DNA of 64,000 nt from Octopus vulgaris (taxonomy: Eukaryota), in assembly GCA_951406725.2 (NCBI GenBank), contig OX597819.1:69936001-70000000 (forward strand), in the 5' to 3' direction. Position numbers and translations under genes: made by a program. Positions 41,291 through 53,251 of this stretch are shown in pieces; the first letter of the stretch is position 1, and each line of letters begins with the position of its first letter. The notes under the pieces were generated by a model. The model saw nothing but the letters and a program-made list of their open reading frames with translations, did no database searches and was not told the DNA's origin.

Positions 41291-41873
41291 AAGATAGATG
41301 CACAAACATAGAAAGATATATTTACAGTTATAGGTATTATATACACACATACATATGCATAGATGTATATATGTATTTATGCATGTTCGTACATCCATAT
41401 ACATGTATACACACACACACAGATATATGTATGCATATATGTGTGTGTGTGTGTGTGTGTACCTATGTATCTATGTGTATATGTATATGTATGCATGTAT
41501 GTATGTATATATGTACGTCTCTGTGCATGCACGTGTATGTCAGTGTTATGCGAATATCATTGTCTTTCATTGTCAAGAAAAGATCCCCCCTTCTTCTTCT
41601 TCTCATGCCTTCTCCTTCCTTTTCTTCTTCTTTCTTGTCTTCTCTATCCTTTTGCTATTTATTTCTTTATTTATATTCTCATCTTTTTTTTTCCTTGTGA
41701 TTCCCTTCCATGCGCCATCTTTTCATCATTTCTTATATTTATTTTAACATGGAGACAATAACTTCCATCTTCCTCTTTCATACATTTCATTATGGTCACT
41801 CCACTGTGATAGGATTTTGAAGTTTCTTCTCTCTTTTTTCTCTCTCTCCCTCCGAGCTCTCTCCATGCGCACA

Positions 41874-41914
<41 letters not shown>

Positions 41915-42079
41915 AGTCACCTTTATGCGTGTGTATATATACATATATCTATATCTATACATAAAGATATTTATATACAGATAGCAATATATGTATATTT
42001 GCATATATATATATATATGTGTGTGTGTGTGAGTATGTATATACGTATACATACATACATACATACATACATACATACA

Positions 42080-42112
<33 letters not shown>

Positions 42113-42378
42113 TTATATATTCATACATGGAAGTATGTATGTACATACAGATGCATATATGCCTATACATACTCACACATGTATATTTATACACATACAT
42201 ATATATACGTATATATATGTATGTATGTATTATTTGTGTGTGTATGTGTGTGTGTATGTGTATGCGTGCATGTGTACATATATATGCATGTGTGTGCGTG
42301 TGCATGTATGTTAAACTATGTATATATCTATCTGGACATCTACCATTTAGTTTCTTTATTCAAACTATATTTCTCCTT

Positions 42379-42434
<56 letters not shown>

Positions 42435-42862
42435 TCTTTCTTCTCCCCCCCCCCCCGGCTTCTCAGTTTCTTCCCGTCTTTCACTGTTCGCTTTTCTTTT
42501 ACCTTAGTCAGCTATTTTCATTCATTTATTTCTTCAATCTTTCATATAGATTCCTGTTTCTTTCATTCGTTCCTTCTTTCTTTCTTCCATACATTCAGGC
42601 ATTCAGGCATATATATTTCTTTCTACTTTTTCCTTCCGTTCTTTTTTGGGGCTTTTTTTGTTTATTTGTTTGTTTGTTTTTTTGCTTCCAATTCTTTCTT
42701 TCTTCCTTTTTATATTATTTTTCATTCTCATCGCTTTGTTATTTATTCTTGTTTGTTTGTTTGTTGTTGTTGTTGTTGTTGTTGCTGCTGTTGTTTTATA
42801 TCTTTTGTTCTTTTATCGTATCTGAAGCAACTTCTCCATTATTTTCCTTCTTGGCAGTAAAA

Positions 42863-42932
42863 ATGACAGATTTGTGCGGTCACTGGAAATTGGAGAAGAA
42901 TGAGAACATGGACGAATACATGCAAGCAGTTG
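42863..42932 (+). CDS. FABP: Fatty-acid-binding / intracellular lipid-binding protein, coding exon 1
   Basis: MTDLCGHWKLEKNENMDEYMQAV-G matches the GxWKL..xENxDEYMxAxG signature. Kozak-like AAAATGA; phase-1 donor G|GTGAG at the conserved iLBP intron 1 position. Confidence 0.9.
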
Positions 42933-42956
42933 GTGAGGTCTTTTGATTGTTTTCAT

Positions 42957-43004
<48 letters not shown>

Positions 43005-43982
43005 TCTTTACTGGCTTGCTCTCTACCCTACCTCCTCCCACTTCTCACCATCTTTAGTACAACCACCACTACCACCACCACCACCACCACCACCACCACC
43101 ACCTTCATCACTAGACAAACGTATTTTGTTGTACATTCGGGAAATTTCGTATCTGTTTTGTGATCTCTGATATATAGAGACGACTGTACAATGCGATGTT
43201 CCCATGTTGAGTTTTGCACTGAATTTTATGTACAAGACATTTATAGTTGCTTTCCTTTTCCCTTTTTTCTTTTTTTTTTTTTTCGCTGTGGGATTGTGGT
43301 GAAGTAGTATAATCGGTAGAGCGTCGAATGAAGTGCTTCGCTTGCATATGTTTCAGATTTTAGATTTTTCCTTTCTATTTTTTTTTTTCAACAATCTGGG
43401 TTCAAATTTCGCAGAGATCAGCTTTGACTCCCATCCCTTTGGAGGTTGATAAAATAAGGTACCAGTCAAGTACTAGGGTCGGTTTAATCGGTGAAAAAAC
43501 CCTCACTAAACCCACCCACCCACCACAAGAAAATTCTGGTCTTGTACCTTTCTTAGAAAGTCATCTTCATCGTCATCGTTGTCATAATCATCTCCATTTT
43601 CATCATCAACATGAAGAGAGATTCATGACAGACTCGTCCACACTTTGTACGTAATGCCGAGCGGAATTTTGTTGCATACTTTTACATTCCGGGTTCAAAT
43701 CCTACCGATATCGACTTTGCCACTGAGAGGGTCGATAAAATAAAGTACCAATACTGCACCGAGTTCGATATGAATGGTAGTTTTCCTCCCCTGTCTTTAT
43801 CTGGCAAAATCGTTAGTGTATCGGATGAATTGCCTCGCAATAGTTTCCCTGGTTCTTTACGTTCTGAGTTCAAGTCGCGCCGAAGTCAACTTTGTCTTTT
43901 ATCTTTTCGGTGGGTGGGGGGCTGATAGTATTGACTAACCTGTTCTCAAAATTGTTGACTATGTGCCTAAAAAGAAATCATC

Positions 43983-44378
<396 letters not shown>

Positions 44379-44800
44379 TGAGCTCCTAATATTCGACAGT
44401 TTTTCTTAGTCCTTTTTTATTCCGTATTGAGATATCGAAATGTGATTTGCTTTGATTCTTACCATTCCTCAATGCCATTATCTTCATCAGTTTCATAACT
44501 TCCCAGTTTCTTATCCATTGTTCACTTTGGCAGAGAAAGCGAAGACAACGAGCGCGTGCCAACGCGAAGACGGTGCATCAGGGATTGCATCGCCATCGAT
44601 AAGATCACAGGCTGTGACGAAATGACTTTCGCAAACCGATTAATCAATTAATTTAGTTTTTTTTTTCTTCCTTAATTAGCTAATTATCAAATTAACTGAT
44701 AATAATAATGAAATTGATTTGCTGCTAAGTTGTCCTCACGGTTATTATTTTGTAATAGTTCTGTGTGTGTGTGTGTGTGTGTGTCTGTATGTGTGTTTGT

Positions 44801-44871
<71 letters not shown>

Positions 44872-45013
44872 TGTGTGTTTCTCTTTTGTGTGTGTTAAAC
44901 TCACTTTGTGTACACATGCACTAATACTTTAACTGTAAAATGCTTTTTTAAATGGAAACATGTTTAATATGGAAACCTATTTTTCATTTTTATTTTCCTA
45001 CGCGTTTGAAAAC

Positions 45014-45402
45014 TCTAGACACAATGCCCGAAATTTGGGGGGTGGGGGCAGTCGATTAGATCGACCCCAGTACGCAACTGGTACTTGATTCATCGATCCC
45101 CCGAAAGGATGAAAGGCAAAGTCGACCTCAGGGGAATTTAAACACAGAACGTAAAGACGGACGAAATACCTATTTCTTTACTACCCATAAGGGGCTACAC
45201 ACCGAGGAGACAGACAAGGCAGACAAACGGATTAAGTCGATTATATTGACCCCAGTGCGTAACTGGTACTTATTTAATCGACCTTAAAAGGATGAATGGC
45301 AAAGTCGACCTCGGCAGAATTTGGACTCAGAACGTAGCGGCAGACGAAATACCACTAAGCATTTCGCCCGGTGTGCTAGCGTTTCTGCCAGCTCACCGCC
45401 TT
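45014..45402 (-). mobile_element. SINE family B, full length with internal duplication
   Basis: The minus strand starts AAGGCGGTGAGCTGGCAGAAACGCTAGCACACCGGGCGAAATGC. It carries two copies of the GTCGACTTTGCC.TTCATCC module, the same layout as 51091-51492. Confidence 0.8.
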
Positions 45403-45540
45403 ATTGATCCCAAAAATATTAAAGGTAAAATCAATCTCTAACGGAATTTAAGTATAAACCATAAAAACACCGAAAGGCAATTTTTTTTCCTAAACTCTTT
45501 TCCATTTCTTCCAATCCACTGATATTATAGTTTTATATTT

Positions 45541-45710
45541 AAGAGATGAGGAAGTATGTACATTATTTACATTATTTACATTTGATGGATATCTGTCCTC
45601 ATCTTGTTTGTTGTTAACACAACGTTTCAGCCGAAATACCCTCCAACTTTTATCAGGTGTCTTGGGGAAATTTCAAACCTGGGTTCTCATTGGAATGTAA
45701 ATAATGTACA
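45541..45710 (-). mobile_element. Third copy of the hammerhead-bearing element (HHR relic 45617-45660)
   Basis: Homologous to 35985-36096 and 36340-36465. Minus strand: ACAC-CTGATAA-AAGTTG..CGGCT-GAAAC-GTT-GTGT. Ends with a short inverted tail, ATGTAAATAATGTACA. Confidence 0.7.
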
Positions 45711-46899
45711 CTGATATTAAGTTTCGTAATATCTGCTTTGTAAATGAGTGCACGAAAGTGGAGTGGTTTGGATCTCTCACAAAAAAGAAGAGATAATAAA
45801 CCATCAGCCTCGCAGCAGAAGGGCCGATCCAATAACTAAAGCGTGCCAGTCAGGGAGCCCCTACGTGGTTATTTGACATGTTAGAAATAGAATAAAATCT
45901 CTCACGAGGTCTGCCTTTAAAATTTTATATTTATGAAGATACATTGTGTTGGATACTGAAATCCTGTGTACAAGACAATAAAAAATAACTTGACGATGAC
46001 CATTAAAACATCTTCGTTCGGAGGTTTGATGCAGGTGACTTGATTTGGAACTAGAAGACAACTACGATGCCGACCACCACAAAAACAATCACAATAATAA
46101 TATTGCATACGGCGGCTGTGAAAAAAAAAAGAAATATTAGACGTGTATATTCTGTGCAGTTTCTTCATTACTCTGCGATTTAAAATTCAAACTTCAAAGC
46201 TCGCTTGAATTGATTCAAAAGTGATTGCTTTCCTTACAGTAGCTGGCCACCAGGGCACGCCACGTATATGAATAAATTTTGCGTCATCGCTTCACAAAAA
46301 AAGAACTGCCTCAAATTTCGATCTTCCATCTTAAAAATGTATGAACAACGGTGGTTAAAGGAATCTTTTGATATAAAGTGCATGGGTTTTTAAGACCCAC
46401 CATAAACTTGGCAGGGCCCTAAAATCTGGTTTTGCATGTATAGGACGTAAACTTATTTTCTGGGACATATATTTAAGGCTTTCTTATTAACCCTCAAATA
46501 TGGTACATGTGAGCAGTATGCATGCCCCATCAGGCTTGGCTTGAGGACCACATTACAGGAATACAGCAAGCAACAACAACAACAAAAGAGCGTGTATCGA
46601 TTGCGTCTGTCTACAGGCGGGATTTAAAACGTTGGCTGCATTCTTGTATTCATTGCGGTTTATCAAGTCCATGCCGGCACACTTTTCTATAGATACCAAA
46701 GATGTGACGCCTATTGTACTTATTGATCGCTAGACAGGCATGAAGTTCTTTGAAATGTATATGCTACTTTGGTAAACATTCGCTTATCATAAATACTTTG
46801 GACAGACAGAAATTGTGTCAAGACGAACATTTTAACGCACCACTACATAAACAGCTAATGTACGTGTTTGCACTGATGCATATACATGCAAACAGCCTC

Positions 46900-46988
<89 letters not shown>

Positions 46989-47387
46989 CATATACAAATA
47001 CATACATACATATACGGTGGTGTGTAAGATTGTGTATGTCTAAAAGCACAAACACACTCATATATATATATATATATGATGTAATACTTTCCTATTTAGC
47101 AGTTAAAGATCACTGCTGCTCCATACATATTCATAAATGCGCACATGTAGGTCATGTATTAATGTACATATACGTGCGACGGTCTGTATGCAACTACATG
47201 TAATTCCTTTAATCCGATATGAACGCAAGCACGCACAGACATACATATATACACATATACAACGCTGCTTTCATATATGCACATGTGTGTGTGTGTATGT
47301 GTGTGTATGTGCGTGCATGCGTGCGTGCGCATGTGCACGAATAAGAAAACTATAGCGCTATATTGCTCAATAGGTAACAGTGAGTAG

Positions 47388-47605
47388 ATAATGGAACACA
47401 TATCACGCACGGGTTTCTGTTGCAATGCAAAAGACCAGCTTCCTAAGGGAGACATTTGTATATTCGTAAAGAATTTTATTTTCACAATTGATTTAAGTAC
47501 GAAAGAGTACATCAAGCTATTTTGCTCAGTTGATGGCTTAGCGCTGGAACAAATCTTTTCACAGCGCCTCCGTGTATATACATATGCATGTATACATACA
47601 TACAA

Positions 47606-47670
<65 letters not shown>

Positions 47671-47686
47671 TATATATATAATATAT

Positions 47687-47723
<37 letters not shown>

Positions 47724-47835
47724 CATATATATACATATATGTATATATACATATATAAATACGTGTGAATATTTCTGTATATACATATACCTATACATAC
47801 ATATAGGTTTATAAGTATATATATACACACGTGTA

Positions 47836-47887
<52 letters not shown>

Positions 47888-48015
47888 GCATCCATATATA
47901 TATGTATATATATATACTTAAGGACAATAATTATATATATACAAATATACATATACATACATATATACATATATACGTAAATGTATATATACAAACAAAT
48001 ACATGTATATAGATG

Positions 48016-48065
<50 letters not shown>

Positions 48066-48070
48066 CATGC

Positions 48071-48133
<63 letters not shown>

Positions 48134-48393
48134 CATGCATACATACATACATATACGTATACATATATGCATACATTGATACGTACATATACATACATAT
48201 TTAATATAGACGCATGCGCTAAGGAAAGATCTGTTCCAGCGCTAAGCCATCTACTAAGCAAATAGCTTGATGTACTCTTTCGTACTTAAATCATTGTGAA
48301 AATAAAATTCTTTATGAATATACAAATGTCTCCCTTAGGAAGCTGGTCTTTTGCATTGCAACATAAACCCGTGCGTGATATGTCTTGCATTAT
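47388..48393. repeat. ~180-bp inverted repeats (47388-47567 and 48216-48393) around a ~650-bp TA-rich spacer
   Basis: CATATCACGCACGGGTTT..TTGCAATGCAAAAGACCAGCTTCCTAAGGGAGACATTTG.. is mirrored with few mismatches. Confidence 0.9.
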
Positions 48394-49023
48394 GTATTAA
48401 GAGTTAGCTATTTAAAAATATATATCTTTAGAACTGTCTATCTTTTATTTTCTTTAATATGTATTTATACAGAGAGGCGAATAACTTTTCATATAATGTA
48501 TTATATTTAGTTGATGTTGACGGTAGCTCTTTTTTGTTTTGTTGCTTCTCTTGCTGTTGTTGTTCTTGTAGCAGTTTTTATTTTCACTTTCGTTTTGAGG
48601 GTTTTATTATTTTTTCTTTATTTATTTCATTTATTTATTTTGCATGATGTTTTTATTGTTGTCATGATTGTTGCAGTCGTGATAGTAGTTGCATTAGTAA
48701 GTTGTGATGGTGGATGTGAAGACAAAGAAAGTGAGCGTTAGTGGTCTTTGAGGGTACAGTGTGGTCTTTGTTTACGCTTCTTAGTATTCTTATACATAAT
48801 GTTTTGTTTACTTTGAAAATGTTTTTTTTCCTATGTTGTTTTTATTGTAGTATTTTACGTTTTTTACTGTTGCCATTTTTGTTGCTGCAGTAGCTATGGT
48901 AATGATGGCAGTTATAACTTCTTGTCAGATTTCTTTATACTCAGGGATAGTCATCAAATAGCATACGATTTAAACATAAATATCTGTGTGTATTCTGGTT
49001 GTTCTCTATCTTAAATGTATGTA

Positions 49024-49064
<41 letters not shown>

Positions 49065-49065
49065 A

Positions 49066-49124
<59 letters not shown>

Positions 49125-49789
49125 ATTACTTTCGAAGAATAAGAATGAGAGCTCAACACCGCATTGTGCTTTATTAACAAAGCTACCAATGGTTTCATGC
49201 GAAGAGATCTTCATAATTTGTGTATGTGTGCGTCGTGCGTGTATTTGGGGTTATATTTTAGATTTTTTTCTTTTGCAATCTTCAAGACCTTCATATGTTT
49301 GTTGTGTATATGTGTATGTGTTGATAAACGTGCACCTGTGCGCACACGTGTCACAACTATACACAAGTGCATATTCCATTACTGCTTTTCTGTGTATGTT
49401 CATTTGTATTCCACATGTGTATGGCTGTGTGTCATTGTTCACCCAGAAACCTCAAATGAAGAATCTCCGGAATGTTTTACATAAATATAAGTATGTATGT
49501 ATGTTTGTATGTATGTATGTTTGTATGTATGTATGAATGTATGTATTATGTATACATTTATGTACTTATGTATGTGCGTATATGTATCTATGCACGTTTT
49601 TATATACGTATGTATGAGTGTGTGTGTATATATATATATATGTATATATATGTATGTATGTATGTATGTAATAATGTATATATGTATATATGAATGTATG
49701 TATGTATGTATATCTCTTCAATTTTTGAATTGTTATAAATCTTCCATTAAGGAGGAAGCCGGTTTCCAACAAAGATGCAAGGCTCTATC

Positions 49790-50320
49790 CTTGGGATCTA
49801 GTTAAGACAGACAAATTCGCATTTGGAACTCGAGAAAAGTCTTGCATATTTGTACTGCTCCATCACAGATTGCACTTGTAATGTACGAATTAGCCGGTCA
49901 ATTTTTCTTTCTGAAAATCTCAGTTTATCCCGATTCTCCTTTAAGCATTTACTAACAAAACCTTGTACTCCAATTATTATTGCCATGAATATGAATTCAT
50001 AGTCTGGATATAGAAGCTGGAGGTTTCGAAGCAGTTGTCCATAGATACCCTCTTTTTCTTTGATTTTCAAAGAAATATTTTTATCTGCAGGGCAGCTGAC
50101 CTCTATGATGCTACATGCCTTTGCCCCTCTGTCCCAAACAACAATATCCAGCCTGCTATAATTACATTTCACAGAGGTTTTGATGGGAATATTCCACCAG
50201 TATTCCTTGAGTTGGTGTTTAAGAATGTATTCCATAACAGAAGGATTTTCTGAGTTTATTTCAGAACAGTCTTTTTTTTTTGCAGATGTTTTTGTAAACA
50301 TCGTGCTGTGAAGACATTTT
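49790..50320 (-). mobile_element. Non-LTR retrotransposon 3' fragment with restriction-like endonuclease (R4/Dong/NeSL-like)
   Basis: EYWWNIPIKTSVKCNYSRLDIVVWD..IIEVSCP..KIKEKEGIYGQL..LYPDY..IIIGVQG corresponds to the RPDIV..IIEV..K..Y..L..IGxxG RLE motif. Confidence 0.75.
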
Positions 50321-51090
50321 AGGACAGCTGCTAAACACATGCGTGATGTCTTCCAAAGACACAGCCTATGTATTCGGTTGCACTTTGGGTGTGTATACAA
50401 GCTTGTATGTATGGATGGATAGATGAATGAATGAATGGATAGATGGATGTGTATGTGTGTGTGCAAATATATTTGTGTATGCAGAACATTGAGAATCTAA
50501 CTACTGGAAGGAAAGAGGACATCACCAGTAGTCAGATGGTATCCATTTTCAACTGAGTAGACTGCAGCAACGTAAAATAAATTGCCTTGCTCAAGGAGAC
50601 GACACGTCGCCCGATCGAGAGACCTAACGTACGACCTTAGGTCTCAATACACTAAACGCTCGGTCACCTGCTTTCACTGGACACTAGTATGATTCTGAAA
50701 AAATATTTATGCCTGTATGCACTCTGAATATAAATCCTATGGTTGCGCGTGGTTACTGGTCATCTCGCTTCGGCCAGTCACTGGGTACTGACCAGGGAAA
50801 ATGAGGGAGTGGTGCTCCTGTTCTACAGATGATTATAACTATAACCCGATGGCGTCCAGATGTTTCTGTGCGGTGACCTCATTTGTCATTCCATCTACTG
50901 AGAGACCTATGGTGATGGAAAAGCGGTGATGTGTGCAGACCTACCTGACCAGTTGGAACCACACAGTAAATTACAACTTGTTTGTTACTGATGCATCAAA
51001 GCATACGAATCTGTAACGGAACTGAGTAGTCATCTCAAAGGTCATGGTTGGAAAATCAAAAATTACTTTGACAACGAGGAAGCAAATATC

Positions 51091-51492
51091 TTTTCTTTTC
51101 TATTCTAAGCACAATGCCCGAGATTTGGGGAAGCGGGCCAGTCGATTAACTCAATCCCAGTACGCAACTGGTACTTAATTTATTAAGCCCTAAGGGATGA
51201 AAGGCAAAGTCGACTTCGGCGGAATTTGAACTCAAAACCTAATGACAGACGAAATACCTATTTCTTTACTACCCACAAGGGGCTAAACACAGAGGGGACA
51301 AACAAGGACAGACAAACGGATTAAGTCGACTACATCGACCCCCAGGGCGTAACTGGTACTTAATTTATCGACCCCGAAAGGATGAAATGCAAAGTCGACA
51401 TCGGCGGAAGTTGAACTCAGAACGTAACGGCAGACGAAATACGGCTACGCATTTCGCCCAGCGTGCTAACGTTTCTGCCAGCTCGCCGCCTT
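51091..51492 (-). mobile_element. SINE family B, full length
   Basis: The minus strand starts AAGGCGGCGAGCTGGCAGAAACGTTAGCACGCTGGGCGAAATGC...GAGTTCAACTTCC. Confidence 0.82.
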
Positions 51493-51828
51493 AAGACAGC
51501 AAATATCTGAGAACATGAAGGTGTCGCCATAAGTGTTTATATATGTGTCAGTAAGTTTTTAAGTATATCTATATGCGCGTTAATAAATGCAGATATCTAA
51601 TACATACTCATATGCACTTCTACTTATATGTATACACAACGAAAATTATAGGTAATGGTTGTTTCGAGAGGTGTTGGTAAATGTAATCATATTTCTAAGG
51701 CTACATTTAATGTTTCAAGTAGTTTGTAAGTAACATACATTATATGCATGGCTATCTTGTTAAGATATCGCAGAGAACTTAGGAATTAGATTTTAAACAC
51801 GCATTTGACGGATTTCTAGGATGAAAGA

Positions 51829-51859
<31 letters not shown>

Positions 51860-51861
51860 AA

Positions 51862-51892
<31 letters not shown>

Positions 51893-51933
51893 TACTATAT
51901 ATATATATACATATATATATACATATATACATA

Positions 51934-52632
51934 TCACTACACCACATGACTTTACACATCACATCACATATGATATGCCATACTAATACACACACCAACT
52001 AATACATACTAATACGTACTAATACATACTAGTACATACTAATACATACACCAACCCTATACATACACACGTCCAGACCCCGCATACGCACTTATACTCT
52101 CTCATACACACACACACACACTTATACATACCAATACGTACTAATACATACTAATACATACTAATACATACACCAACCCCATACATACGCACGTCCAGAC
52201 CAATCCTACGCACTAATACTCTCTCATACACACACACACACACACACACACACCCTTATACATACTAATACATACACCAACCCTATACATACACACATCC
52301 AGACCCCTCCTACGCACTATTAGCTGGTCCCTCAACCCTTTTATCAACCCTATTATCTCCCCTTATTTCGCTCTCGCGTCTCATGTTTGATCTTTGACCT
52401 CTGGCCGAAATCAGATCGCCATGTTGATTCGTTAGCTACTGCACGCATTTTTTTCTCTCCTTCTTTCTGTGTTTTTCTCTCTCTGTGTATCTTTCTGTTG
52501 AAGAGCGTAGGCTCGAAACGTTAAAGACTTGTTTTATTTATATTTCCTGAGCGCCATACTAATACAATTGTTCGTTTGTTTTCCACCTGCCTTCGTCTTT
52601 TGTTTATTTTCATAAAGCTTCCCGTTATATAT
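51934..52632 (+). repeat. 5' pLTR (~700 bp) with internal CTAATACATA tandem units
   Basis: Matches 56416-57116. Confidence 0.95.
52490..52527 (+). ncRNA. Hammerhead-like motif in the 5' pLTR
   Basis: UCUUU-CUGUUGA-A-GAGC(GUAG)GCUC-GAAAC-GUU-AAAGA. Confidence 0.6.
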
Positions 52633-53251
52633 TATGCGCTCACGTGGTCTCACTTTCATCCTATATTCTACCAATACCACTATCAACACTTACCTCTACC
52701 TTGGATTTTCTTTACCTCTTGGATACTTACCATTGGCTGCACCTCTCTTTCGCGGATCAAAGTGACTTTGCATTGATGTGAAATCCTTAAAAAATATACC
52801 ACGACGTCTACACATTTCTCACCTTGAACTTTCAACCTTGAACTTGTTCGCATAAACTGTCCCGTTTGTTGTATTTTTATTTTCTCTTATATTACCACTT
52901 TTTTTTACATTCATTTCATGCTTTCCACATTTTCCTGAATTTTTGTTCTCCTTTCCGTCTTTCTTCCCTCTCTGGATGTCCATACTCCGTTTCCTCTGCC
53001 TGCACCCCCCTTTTTTTTGCCTCCCCCTCTCTCTGCTTCCCTTCTTTCTTTCCCTTTTCCGTTTGCCCCGTCTTTTCTGCCCCTATCGCTTACTTATCTA
53101 GTTTTTTCATACGATTATTATTTTTTTGTTTTTTGGAACGTTTGTTTTTTCCCCTTTTTTCGCTATCCTTTTTCTCTATTTTTTTCATACGATAATTTTT
53201 GTTTTTTGTTTTTTTTTGTTTTTTCGAACGTTTTTTTTCCGCTATCCCATC

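Noticed and set aside
41999-42862. 315-aa ORF 41999..42946 as a membrane protein
   Set aside because: Only the final MTDLCG... segment is FABP exon 1. The upstream part is microsatellite and pyrimidine-rich sequence.
52000-52320. CRISPR-like repeat-spacer appearance of CTAATACATA / CACCAACCCTATACATAC units
   Set aside because: These are degenerate tandem repeats inside a pLTR. There are no unique constant-length spacers, no cas genes, and the context is eukaryotic.
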